The notes under the pieces are model-generated. The model was given only the letters and a program-made list of their open reading frames with translations, had not been told where the DNA came from and made no database searches. From positions 62,001 through 126,000 of the forward strand of contig NIVC01000436.1 of the NCBI GenBank assembly GCA_002269645.1: a stretch of 64,000 bases of DNA. Direction: 5' to 3'. Below, in pieces: positions 35,801 through 48,342 of this stretch (position 1 is the first letter of the stretch; every line of letters begins with the position of its first letter). Made by a program: the position numbers and the translations under genes. The stretch comes from Macrostomum lignano (taxonomy: Eukaryota).

Positions 35801-38800
35801 CGAATCAGAGCGCCAGCAGCGGCCCTAGTCAGGTTCAAATCCGACTGGCCAGCCGGGAACTCGCAGCAGATTAAGCAGACAAGCACCAGCGAGGCTAGAG
35901 AAGTTTTCAAGCTTAAATCGTGCTGGCCGAGTAGTTCCTGCCGGCCGGCCGGGCCTAGGCGACGCAGCTCGGCCATGAGAAGCTGTTGAGCAGCCTGGCG
36001 CAGATGCGGACTGGCAGTGTGATACAGGCCGGCTAGGGACAGCAGGCATGGCTGCTGGTACAGGCTGGGGTCAAGCAGGTCGGCTAGCAGTACCGTGTGA
36101 TGCGTCAGCGTCAGACCCCACGCCTGACGCTGTTCAGCGGTTGGCGGAGGCAGCGACGCGGAATTCGATGCTGCCGTTGGATCGTTGTCGGCTGTTGGAT
36201 CTTCGACAGCGGCGGCCAGAGACGCGCGATGAGGCTGATCAAGCGGCCAGGCTTTGAAGCTGGATGCGGTCCTGGCTGTGGCCAAAGCGCCGGCCAGAGC
36301 TGTGGTGGCTAGCAGGTGCAAAGTGGTCAGCTGACGGTTGGTCTCCCAGTGCGGCGGCGGGTTGGGGCACATCAGGCAGGCGGCGCGGGAGCGGACCAGA
36401 CCGAAACAGGGGGCGATACGGGGCGGCCAGAGGCCCAGAGTTTCACCTACGGTTCGATCAAGGCCAGTGTCCAGGCCCCAGGAGTGAATCAGCGATAGGA
36501 GCAGTTGGGCAACTTGAAGTGTTAGAGCTTGCTCGTCTGCGCCAGTTGTGGCGTTGGCTGCGGCGGCGGCGGCGGCGTCGACAGACGACACGGCAGCTCT
36601 GGACGATGAAGCATCGGAAAGTCGGGCAGCTGAGAGGCCGCTGCGACCTCCGAGATATGCTGATAGAAGTAGGGGTGCATTAGGATAGTGAAACACTGAT
36701 TTGGAGCCTAGCACCCACCTCACTCTACCTAGCACCCACCTCACTCTACCTAGCACCCACCTCACTCTACCTAGCACCCACCTCACTCTACCTAGCACCC
36801 ACCTCACTCTACCTAGCACCCACCTCACTCCGCCCAGCACCCACCTAACTCCACCCAGCAACCACCTCACTCCACCTAGCACCCACCTCACTCCGCCTAG
36901 CACCCACTTCACTCCGACTAGCACCCACCTCACTCTACCTAGCACCCACCTCACTCCGCCTGGCACTCAACCTCACTCCGCCTAGCACCCACCTCACTCC
37001 GCCTAGCACCCACCTCACTCCGACTAGCACCCACCTCACTCCGACTAGCACAAACCTCACTCTACCTAGCACCCACCTCACTTTACCTAGCACCCACCTC
37101 ACTCAACCTAGCACCCACCTCACTCCGTCCAGCACCCACCTCACTCCGCCTAGCACCCACCTCACTCCGCCTAGCACCCACCTCACTCCGCCTAGCACCC
37201 ACCTCACTCCGAACACTTACGAGACCTAGACGACTCCTGCGTTTCGCTGTCTCTCGATCGACTCCTTAGCCTGGCCAACTGATCGTTGCTCAGAATGCGT
37301 TCAATGAGGCAGGCCACATTAAAATGTAGCACAATAGGCAGACCCCGACCGCCGCCGGAATCCTCGCTCCGAAGTTTAGTGACGCGCAGAGGCGCAGCCG
37401 ATCGGCTAGAATCGCTCAAGGACTCTTCGCTACGCCGGAGCAGCTCTTCCAACGCCGGGCCGCTAACAATGCGATCTAAGGCTGGCACCTCGGTCTGCCA
37501 CACGTAAGCGCTATTGTCGCTAGTGTGCACAACTAGCAAATCTTCTAGCGGCCGCCAACGAACCGACAGCACCGGGTACAGATGCCGAGAGGCCAACAAT
37601 AATAATCGACGTTCGCGCAGATTCAACAAGCTGACAGAATGATCGGCGGCAACGGATACAACTGACACGGCTAGACGGGAGCCCTGGCAGCCGTTAGGAG
37701 GCAGCTGCAGCGATGCCACCGGGCCGCCGTGGACGCAGAATCGATGTATCAACGAGCCGGATTCGCAGTCCCACAGGGCGACGGAGAAATCTTCGGCTCC
37801 GGACACCAGGTGGATGGGATTGTATCGATCGGGAGCCAGGCTGGCCGGGTGCAGCAGAGCAGTTACGGCCCGGGTGTGACCCGACAAGCGGAGATGCGTG
37901 GGCGGATCGGGTCTGAAATATCGAGTCAAGTATTGTTGCAGCTAAGGGTGGATGTTGGCGATTAGCTTACAGTCATGCTTAATTTGATATACAGCTGGGG
38001 GTCATGAATTTCATACGCATTCACACCACCTCCACCAACCTCACTCCATCTGGAACCCACCTCACTCTATCTGGCAGCCACCTCACTCCATCCGGCAGCC
38101 ACCTCACTCCATCCGGCAGCCACCTCACTCCATCTTGCAGCCACCTCACTCCAAATGGCAGCCACCTTACTAGATGTGGCACCAACCTCACTTTATCAGG
38201 CACGCATTTCACTCCATCTGGCACCAACATCTATACATGTTGGCACCAACCCCACTCCGCCTGGCACCAACCTCACTCTGTCCGACACCAACCTCACTCC
38301 GCCCGGCACCAACCTCACTCCGCCCGGCACCAACCCCACTCCGCCCGGCACCAACCTCACTCCGCCCGGCACCAACCCCACTCCGCCCGGCACCAACCCC
38401 ACTCCGCCCGGCACCAACCCCACTCCGCCCGGCACCAACCTCACTCCGCCCGGCACCAACCTCACTCCGCCCGGTACCAACCCCACTCCGCCCGGCACCA
38501 ACCCCACTCCGCCCGGCACCAACCTCACTCCGCCCGGCACCAACCCCACTCCGCCCGGCACCAACCCCACTCCGCCCGGCACCAACTTCACTCCGCCCGG
38601 TACCAACCCCACTCCGCCCGGCACCAACCTCACTCCGCCCGGCACCAACCCCACTCCGCCCGGCACCAACCTCACTCCGCCCGGCACCAACCCCACTCCG
38701 CCCGGCACCAACCCCACTCCGCCCGGCACCAACCTCACTCCGCCCGGCACCAACCTCACTCCGCCCGGTACCAACCCCACTCCCCCCGGCACCAACCTCA

Positions 38801-41800
38801 CTCCGCCCGGCACCAACCTCACTCCGCCCGGCACTAACCCCACTCCGCCCGGCACCAACCCCACTCCGCCTAGCATCAACCCCACTCCGCCTAGCACCCA
38901 CCTCACTAGCACTCAAGCAACAAAACAAAGCAGCCGGACTCACTTAGGCGCCTGGAAGCAAGCTGCGGCAAGCCATTGCACCATAGTTAGCAGCACAATA
39001 TGGCCAGACTGCAGACCTAACGCTAACCGACCGCTAGTATAAACCAGCGTAGCCGCCGTAACTTCCCAGTCAGCCAGTGGCCAACGCTCGGCCGGCCAGA
39101 GCAGCCGCAGGCTTGTATGCACACTCGGCCGCACGCCGGACAAGGCGGCGCCACCGGCGGCAGCCGGCAAAGCGGCGCCAACATTTGGCGCCAGAAACCA
39201 GAGAGTCAGGCCGGCTTGGCCGTGTGCGCAGATGACTAGCGAGCCGCCAGCGGGCAGTCGGTGATACAGGAACACGGCGCCAGCGGCGGCCGGATTGAAG
39301 CCGGGACCGTACGGTTCGGCCGGTTTGTTCCCTGTTGGACCGCCGCCGGCCAGAAGCAATTTACAGGTAAGTGTTGGCTGCTCGCACCGACGCAGATGCT
39401 CTGCACCATCTGTAGCACTGTGGCGTCAGTTTAGAAATAAAAAGCAATGAGAAATAGAAAACAAACAAAAATAGGAAATAGTAAATTTTATTGCTAAAGC
39501 AGTTTTTTAATAGTAGTTATCTATTGTACCCTACGCATCTAGTTTATTGTCTGAAGCAGTAGAACACACACCACGCTGCCTAGCACCCACACCACTCCGC
39601 ATAGCACCCACCCTCAGTCCTCCTAGCACCCACCCCCAGTCCTGCTAGCACCCACCCCAATCCGCCCAGCACCCACCCCGCTCCGCCTAACACCCACCCC
39701 GCTCCGCCTAGCACTCGCCCCACTCCGCCTAGCACTCGCCCCACTCCGCCCAGCACCCACCCCACTCCGCCTAACACTCACCCCACTCCGCCCAGCACCC
39801 ACCCCACTCCGCCTAACACTCACCCCACTCCGCCCAGCACCCACCCCACTCCGCCTAACACTCACCCCACTCCGCCCAGCACCCACCCCACTCCGCCTAA
39901 CACTCACCCCACTCCGCCCAGCACCCACCCCACTCCGCCTAACACTCACCCCACTCCGCCCAGCACCCACCCCACTCCGCCTAACACTCACCCCACTCCG
40001 CCCAGCACATGCCCCACTTCACCTTGCAAAGTGTTGAAGACCACAAAACTTAAAGAACAGTCGATAAGTTGTGTAATATGTGCATAATACACTACAAATC
40101 TTTCTAGATTCTATATTGTAAAGAAAAGAATGCTAAAAAACTATATTTTTAATCAAGGGTGGGACACTACAGTAAATACTTCAGAACCCGAACCAGTAAA
40201 AAACTTTAATGCATTTATAAATGTCAATAGATATAGTACGCCAGTTACCTATACATAATAAATGAAAGATATGCTACTATTAGTAATTAAAATGTGAGTA
40301 AGCACTTTACCAGGTAAGATTTAATAATTATAAAATAAACAGTTGATCACCATTTTTCTGTGCTAAACTTTGTACAGTGCTTTAAAAACTCATCCAAAAA
40401 TTTAGCCTTCATAACGCTGGGAGTGACTAATTTGTTACGTAACATTTATAAATATATTTTCGCTCTAATTACAATACGTAAAAAAAGGCGCAAGAACTTT
40501 CCGGATGACCAGATAAGTTGAAAAAAATACCTATTCGTCAAACTGGGCATGCAATTTTATACAACGTGCAATTTTGATTTAAAAAAATAGAAATTAGTAA
40601 ATTATTATTAATAGAAAAACAGACTCTTTACTGCCAATGTTGCTCTCAACTTACCCGGCAGAGAACTTTTTACCGCGTAGCGCACTGCGTATTAATATTA
40701 ATGATACGGAATTAAGTGACATTTTTTGTATGACAAAATGATAATCCAACCAAGGTAAAAAAAAAATATACTAGATATTCTTAATTTTAATCAAATATTA
40801 GCCATAGTAGTATATATATATTTGATTATTTAACTTTGTTATACATGGCAATAATTGCCAAAGCGAGTGCAGTTTTTGTTACATTTGTAAATGAAATCGA
40901 ATTTCAAATTAAAGCAATAATTTTTTCTTTAATAAAAACCATACATGCAATTTTTTATTTGCAAGACCTTTCCCAATACAAGCTATCTGAGGATCTGGTC
41001 TGACAATCTGAGGATCTGGTCTGACAATCTGAGGATCTGGGAGTCAGGGGTCTGAGGATCTGAGGTGTGAGGATCTGGGTGAGGGTCTGAGGTTTGAGGA
41101 TCTGAGGGTCTAAGGATTTGAGGGTCTAAGGATTTGAGGGTCTAAGGATTTGAGGGTCTGGGGTCTGAGGATCTGGGGTGACGGGTCCGAGAATCTGGAG
41201 AGTGGGGGTCTGAGGATCTGGAGAGTAAGGGTCTGAGGATCTGGAGAGTGAGGGTCTGAGGATCTGGAGAGTGAGGGTCTGAGGATCTGGAGAGTGAGGG
41301 TGGGAGGATCTGGAGAGTAAGGGTCTGAGGATCTGGAGAGTAAGGGTCTGAGGATCTGGGGTCTGAGGATCTGGGGATCTGGAGTCTGAGTATCTGGTTT
41401 TTGAGGATCAGAGGATTTGGCGGATGAAAAAGGATTCAAAAGGGTAATTAATAAATTTATTAAATTAAAGAAATGAAACAAGAAATCAACGAATCAAAAA
41501 TAATTTCACATTTAACAATCAAACAAACAGCCATAAGAGCCATTGATTGATCACTACACAGATTCCACTATCAGTTTAGCTTAGCAATAACAAATCAAAC
41601 AAAACAGATTGACTGCTCACCCGGCAGGCAGCTGATAAACGTAAGCTTCGCCATCAGTAGTGCCGACCAGTACCCGATTGATGGCTAGAAAATCTCCCGA
41701 CTGCCAGCGAGTGCCCTTAGGCGCCTCCTGCGACACCAGCAGGCACATGTCTACGGCGTCATAAATCTGCCAGAATTTTGGCGTCACCAGCAGCAACGTG

Positions 41801-43865
41801 CGAGGATTGTCTGGGTGACAGGCCATCGCCTGGGTGCTCATGCACCGAACGGTTTTCGATTCGTCCTCGAGTTTGACGCCTCCCTGACGTTATTGTTATG
41901 ATTTATTGGACTGAGTTGCCAAGTAGCTTGGAGGTAACTTCATCGGTTGAAATTTAAATGCCAACTACTAAGGCCTGGTCTTTTTCTGCTCTCTCCTTCA
42001 ACTGATCTTCTTCCGCTCTCTCCCCACCTGGTCTTCTTCCGCTCTCTCCCTCAGCTTGTCTTCTTCCGCTCTCTCCGATCCCCACCTGGTCTTCTTCCGC
42101 TCTCTCCCTCAGCTTGTCTTCTTCCGCTCTCTCCCTTAACTGGTCTTCTTCCGCTCTCTCCCCACCTGGTCTTTTTCTGCTCTCTCCTTCAACTGATCTT
42201 CTTCCGCTTTCTCCTTCACCTTGTCTTCTTCCGCTCTCTCCCTTAACTGGTCTTAGGCCCTCTCCTTACTACATCAGAACAATAAAATACATGCTCGTTT
42301 AGCACTGAGTACTGTCAGAATTATGTAAAAGACAATTATATTTCCACTATATAGTTGTGTACCTTCTTTTCATCGCCAGCAATAGTCCACATGAAAACCG
42401 TACCGCAGCTGGATATGCCCAATAGGACGTCCTCTGAAAATTGATTTGAACAATTAGCTAAATTAATAAATATCGAATGGGGTTGTGGATGTTTTGTACT
42501 TTGGTCTCGGGGTTGGGGTAGTGGATGTACATTGGCCCGGGTTGGGGTTGTGGATGTACATATGTCTCGGGTTGGGATTTTGGGTGTACATTGGTCTCGG
42601 GCCAGGGACTTGGATGTACATTGGTCTCAGGTTAAAGGTGTGGATGTAAATTCGCCCGGTTGGAGTTGTGGATGTACATATGTCTCGGGTTGGGATTTTG
42701 GGTGTACATTGGTCTCGGGCCAGGGACTTGGATGTACATTGGTCTCAGGTTAAAGGTGTGGATGTAAATTCGCCCGGTTGGGGTTGTGGATGTACATTGG
42801 TCTCGGGTTGGGTTTTGGGGTGTACACTGGTCTCGGGTTGGGGTTTTGGGGTGTAAATTGGTCTCGGGTTGGGTTTTGGGGTGTACACTGGTCTCGGGTT
42901 GGGTTTTGGGGTGTACATGGGTCTCGGATTGGGGTTTGGGGTGTACATTGGTCTCGGATTGGTGTTTTGGGTGTACATTGGTCTTGGATTGAAGGTGTGG
43001 ATGTACATTGAAAGGTGTGGACTCAATAAGCACACAGAGGCGCACGAACCATTACAGCCTTGGTGGCTGAACACGCTAAAAGCGGACATCCATTGCGGCT
43101 TCCTACGCGAGGACAAAGTGAACAGTGAATCCAATGTGGCCGGATTTAGTACTAGAATGTCCGGATAGCGACCGCAGCACAGCAGCATGGGTGTACTGGA
43201 CGAAGTTGATTGATAGTACTTGATCGCAGTGTGAACGAACTGCGAGTGTCTGGTCAGCTTGCACGTGGCTGCGTTCATATTCCACAGCATCATTTTGCTG
43301 TTGGCGGTTGGAAAATACTTCTATTTTGATTAAGTGCTTCAGGCATGCTTGCTGCTCTTCCCTTCACCTGGTCGTCAGCAACTGACTCTAGTCTCTCACC
43401 TGCTCCTTTGTTCTCCTCCACACCTGGTCTTCCGCTCTCTCCCTCTCTCTACCTGGTCTTCTACTCTTCCTCACCAGGTCTTCCGCCACCCCTCACCTGG
43501 TCTTCTTCTCTCCCTCACCTGGTCTTCCGCTCTCTCTCTCACCTAGTCTTCTTCTCTTTCTCACATATGGTCTTCCGCTCTCTCCCTCACCTGGTCTTTC
43601 ACTCTCTCCCTCACCTATGGTCTTCCGCTCTCTCTCTCACCTAGTCTTCTTCTCTTTCTCACATATGGTCTTCCGCTCTCTCCCTCACCTGGTATTTCAC
43701 GCTCTCCCTCACCTATGGTCTTCCGCTACCCCTCACCTGGTCTTCTACTCTCCCTTACCTGGTCTTCCGCTCTCTCCCTCACCTGGTCTTCTTCTCTTTC
43801 TCACATATGGTCTTCCGCTCTCTCCCTCACCTGGTCTTTCACTCTCTCCCTCACCTATGGTCTTC

Positions 43866-43956
<91 letters not shown>

Positions 43957-44396
43957 AAACTCTCCATTCCTCTGTACCAATTCTACTCACCCGCTAGCAT
44001 CGGAACTGATAAAATGCCCATCCAAATCTGGAGTGGAGTCTGGCAGCGTTACAAACACTTCGCACAGAACATCAACGCTGGTCTTGTGCGAGAAGTACAC
44101 AAATTCAGGCTTCAGCTGTTGGTTTGGAAGAGATAACAAGAATAATTAAATTTACAAACCTGATCATTATTACTAATAAGTAGATAAATTTGAATATTGC
44201 TCAATATACAAATACCAACCTTCCATTGTTCCTGAACATCCCAGACAATAATATGTCCCTCTCTGCTGCCAGTTACAATACTGCTATGCTCTGGCATGAG
44301 TATTATAGATGTGATACAATGACTAGGTGGCTCTTTGCTCCATAGCGTCACTGGCACTATACACTTGAAGGTATCAGAGTTAGTAGAAGAAAGCAT
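32858..44396 (-). CDS. WDR7: WD repeat protein 7 / Rabconnectin-3 beta (~1296 aa), 11 exons
   Basis: Exons 44396-44220, 44115-43991, 43297-43050, 42433-42363, 41883-41621, 39417-38944, 37912-37221, 36659-35659, 34961-34628, 34087-33852, 33127-32858 sum to 3891 nt, in frame. Motifs LW.KEPPSHCIT, FCVHGGPV, SVAADHSVSLLNLRE, LLASRHLYPV..VRWRP and LLLSLIHSWGLD match WDR7. Confidence 0.92.
33365..33674 (-). mobile_element. tRNA-derived SINE with CORE (MIR-like) domain
   Basis: Minus strand: tRNA-like head with A box (TAGCCTAAGGG) and B box (GGTTCGATTCC), then TGTGTCCTTGAGCAAGACACTTAAC...CTGTAAAATGGG resembling the MIR core, then an AT-rich tail. Confidence 0.8.
34170..34605. repeat. Intronic minisatellite, 24-bp unit
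   Basis: TCTAAATTTAGGA(C/T)AATT(T/C)AGGT(G/A) repeats. Confidence 0.92.
35075..35640. repeat. Intronic minisatellite, 20-bp unit
   Basis: AATAGGGTTAATTGGGGTTC, with a pure core and degenerate flanks. Confidence 0.95.
36705..37205. repeat. 21-bp CTCACTCCGCCTAGCACCCAC family, array 1
   Basis: Tandem array in WDR7 intron 7. Confidence 0.95.
38030..38910. repeat. 21-bp CTCACTCCGCC family, array 2
   Basis: C(T/C)CACTCCGCCCGGCACCAAC tandem array in WDR7 intron 6. Confidence 0.95.
39580..40010. repeat. 21-bp CCCACTCCGCC family, array 3
   Basis: Alternating 21-bp variants in WDR7 intron 5. Confidence 0.93.
40985..41415. repeat. Minisatellite with TGAGGATCTG core
   Basis: GGGTCTGAGGATCTGGAGAGT(G/A)A repeats in WDR7 intron 5. 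Confidence 0.9.
41970..42250. repeat. CT-rich minisatellite, array 1 of the CCTGGTCTTCTTCCGCTCTCTCC family
   Basis: Degenerate tandem array in WDR7 intron 4. Confidence 0.85.
42480..43010. repeat. GT-rich minisatellite, ~33-bp unit
   Basis: TGTACATTGGTCTCGGGTTGGG(G)TTTTGGGG repeats in WDR7 intron 3. Confidence 0.9.
43345..43954. repeat. CT-rich minisatellite array 2 ending in a pure (CT)n run
   Basis: CTCTCCCTCACCTGGTCTT(C/T) repeats, followed by (CT)n at 43866-43954, in WDR7 intron 2. Confidence 0.92.
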
Positions 44397-47279
44397 TTCA
44401 ATCTTTGATATTTATTTTTTGCAAGTCTGAAATAATAAAATGGTTAAGTTTTTGATATAAGAAAATATGCAAATCCCCATTTTATAATACAAAGCAAGAT
44501 ACAAGGTGCATGTAAGGGGGTATTAGGATATAAAATGTAGGAGGGGTGCATAAGGGATAAAGGTTATATATAAGAAAGGATAATTGTTTAGAACAAAAAG
44601 GATGTCTAATATAGCTTAGATCTTGGCTATACAAGGGTATAGTTTTAGCATAGGTCTAACTAATTTTAGCTATTGAATTTGAATATTAGATACTATCATT
44701 ACATTATGCTTAATAGCCTGGAATTAACCATCATCTACAAATAAGTTATTAAATAATTACAAAATAGATAAAATAAATTGACAATAACTGATCTTAAATA
44801 AATCTATATCCAAACCCTTCTAGTTTATACTAAAAATTGATGAGAAAATAAATGTACTTGACTAAAATTAAACAGAAAAATATTTAATTATAGCTTTATC
44901 AATGTTTTATATTTTTATAATTCCAATTAATTAAACTATATATACTCTTATTTTGTATAATTGCACCTTAAGATGTATATTCTTATTAGAGTAAAAGAAT
45001 AAACAATTTTTCTAAGACTTAAAATTAAATATAAATCAGAGATCCAAATCCTAGGATCTTAGTTTCATTAATCTTAAATCTAAAGATTATAATTGTCTAA
45101 GATAAAAAATCTTGGGATTGACTATTGGTATTCCAACCCCACTTTGTATAATAATTCAATAAACATGTTTGATAATTAATGAACAAAGAAATTTGTTTAT
45201 TGTCTCCATTTGCCCTCCTCAGTCCTTAACAGTGTAAAAAATTGACTTCAATGCAAACATGACATGATCAATTGCATTATTGCAGCAATGGCTAGAGTTT
45301 TGGCACCAGAACCCATTTTCTAACACTAATAGCTATGGATCTGGCAGTGGTATTCTAGTAGTGCAATTTATGGGTACAATATAGCAGAAACATTTTACTT
45401 TTTAAATGGTGGTTGATATTGAGATTTTGTTCAACAAGATGAGATAAAAAATGATGAGATTCAAAACAAGATACTTCTATTGTTCAAAGAATTCATTAGT
45501 AGATAACTGCCTGCAGAAGACTGCCGGATCTGGAGCATTAGAAAACGGGTTCCGGTGCCGGAACTCTAGCCATTATTATCAATTGCAGCTGCAGCAGATT
45601 GCATTAGGCCCTGACAAAAATTTATGCTATGCAAATGCTATTCGTGGCAGCATATAACAAGAAAGTTGGTGAAAAAGAGATAGGCTTAGATCTTACAATA
45701 GAGAAATACTAGATACTATTGATATTACAATTATCAAGCAATGTTACTTTTTGACGTATATTTGCTCCTTCAACTCAACTTAATGACGCTGATTATCATC
45801 TGATGGTTCGAAGAAAAATAGGATCTCAAATTTTGTAATATGTAAAATCATAACAAATACCTGCAATGTGCCATTATTAGCAGCTGCTAAAACCCTTGCG
45901 AGAGATAAAGTGCTAAAATACTTAAAAACATAGTAAGAGTATCATCGTTACATGTTTGTGCTTTTTCTTTAAAAAAAACTGGCCAGTCGTCGTAATACTA
46001 ACCAACGGCGGACAAGACAACATAGCAGCCTAGGCAAGCGGTACATGGGGTGGAATTTGATCAATAGCTTCCTAATGCTCATGCCGGTAAGCATGATGAT
46101 CATTTTAGTAAAAAGTCATTAGTTTTTTTAATATTTATTTTCAAACATGCTTAACAACGATTACAACTTCTTAGCCTACAACTAAGCCTACAACCCCTGG
46201 GAGTGGGACCAATTTCGTGAAGCACATGAAGTGCTTCAGCAGCAGCAGCTAACCAATAGTTAAGAAGTTTTGGTTTCATCTCTGAGCTGCTTAGCTTAAT
46301 AGCAGCTGCTAGTTAGCAGTAGGGTTGTGCCATAAACAAACATCTTTGTGGCAGGAACATAAGGTAAAAATTGAATAAACCTAGGCCCTATGAAGTGGCT
46401 TTTTGTGGCTTTGATTGAATTAAAATGGTACCGATACTATAGAACAGAAGAAACTTCTTTATCCTCAATGGGAGCTTGCAAGTCAATGTTTGGAAGTTTT
46501 TCTAACATTTTTGAGGCAAAGAAATAGAAGAAAAAGGTGTAGGCATAGGAAAAGATTAGATCTATCATGGAGTCCAATGGACTGAGCAAGTCAATGTTAG
46601 CTCAATGCTCATATAAAATCAGACTTTTACTTCTTGGCTTGGGGCATTGTATTCCAACTCTGGGGCCTGGGCCAATGGCAATATGATCTACTAGAAAGTT
46701 AAATTTATCATATTTTTAGATTCATTTGGAAATACTATTTGAAGTCATTATTGCATCATAATTAATGTGATCTTTAAACTTTCTTGGCCAATAATTTTTG
46801 ACCAAAATATCAGCTAATTTTGAAATGTGTCAAATAGTAAAATCTCCATTCTTATCTTAGCTGACTCTTGAAATGCTAAACTTTAGCAGGTAAAGTTTTG
46901 TTTTTAGCTAAACAAATTGCTAGGCCTATTATAAAACCACAAATTTGTAGTCTACTATAAAAACCAAGCCTTTTGACCATAGAGTATAGAGTATTGACAT
47001 TGCTTAGAAACTCCTTTTATCCTATCCCACTGCTAAGCTTGTGAAGCCAAAAGTTAGTAGATTGGTAAAAATTAGAATATGACTATTAAACTCAAAAAAC
47101 AAAAGCCAATTAGGGCCTAGTAGCTAGGGCCTAAGTACCTTTTAAATGGTAGTAGCAATGCCTTATGAAATTGGTCCTTTTTCTTTGCTCAAATAAGGCC
47201 TAATCAAGTTCAAATAGGCCCTTAGACTAATAAGTAAGAGTTGATAGTTATAGTTTATGGGAATGACCTAGACCTATAA

Positions 47280-47557
47280 CCTGATTGCAGCGCATGGGCA
47301 TTTTGGCGGACGGCGTCCGGCGCGGATCTAATACGGCGCAGCGCGGCGCGTATGGCGCGCGGCGATTAGTACGGCGCGGCGCGGTACTAATTAGGTGCCG
47401 AGGCATTTAGGCTTGATAAAACAGTCATAGTTACTCCTGCCGTTTACCCAAAACTGCGTTAATTTTGCTTTAGGGTTTCTTTCACAGGTAAGTCATTTCA
47501 CAGCGTGGCGCAGGTTGTGTAGGCGTCTGGCGTACTTAAGCCATGCGCTGCAATAGG
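47280..47557. mobile_element. MITE (278 bp) with 17-18 bp TIRs and 9-bp TSD
   Basis: Ends CCTGATTGCAGCGCATGG / CCATGCGCTGCAATAGG. Direct repeat GACCTATAA at 47271-47279 and 47558-47566. A 9-bp TSD is typical of Mutator-like (or Merlin) elements. Confidence 0.85.
47385..47449 (-). pseudogene. Degenerate ~65-nt fragment of 28S rRNA (H69-H71 region)
   Basis: Minus strand GGGTAAACGGCAGGAGTAACTATGACT-gttttatcaagcct-AAATGCCTCGGCACCTAATTAGT, compared with recalled 28S GGGTAAACGGCGGGAGTAACTATGACT-ctcttaaggtagcc-AAATGCCTCGTCATCTAATTAGT. Confidence 0.75.
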
Positions 47558-48342
47558 GACCTATAATTCTAGTGCAGTACATAGAACCTAAGCCTAGCTA
47601 GTTGCAGTTGGAGATTATATGAACATAGGTCTAAATCAAAACAAAAAACAACAAATAAAAATTTCATAAGAATCTATGCTAGGCCTAAGGCTTGAAGCTT
47701 TCTGCAATTTACGAGTAATATATATATATGATAGGGGCATAGGTAATAGTAATTGCCATATTAGCAATAACAACCTAAAATTCTTGGCAAAAGCTTAGGC
47801 TACAATTAGAATGAATGAATAAAGATTGATAAGATGAATGAGCAATTTAATTATAAAAACTATTAGTTTTACCTAGTAGATTGTTAGTATAATGGCAAAT
47901 AAACCTATTTAGGTCTACATTAAACTAGTGATTTTCTTAGTACCAATCTTAGTCTATTCATATTGAATTAGATCTTGGCCTATACTAATAAAAAACCAAA
48001 TTGTCTAAGCCTTGATTTATAGAAAGATTTTTTAGAATACACCTGATTTTTCTGATATTTAAAAATTAAAATAAATGCACTTATAAATACATTGTACATG
48101 CCAGTTTTTCTCATGTCATTGTTATTTATAAGATATTAAAAGAATATAGGAAATATTTATGTTTATAGGTATAGCTCAAAATCTGTCAACTAATATATAG
48201 GAATATAAAAGCTTTGTGCACCTATGCCAAAAGCTTACATTTAGAGGGAGCAATTGTAATAAATATTTAAGTAAATAACCTTTAAAACAATGTGTCTACT
48301 CATAGTCATACTTGATACAATTAAAACAATTTTAACTTACAG

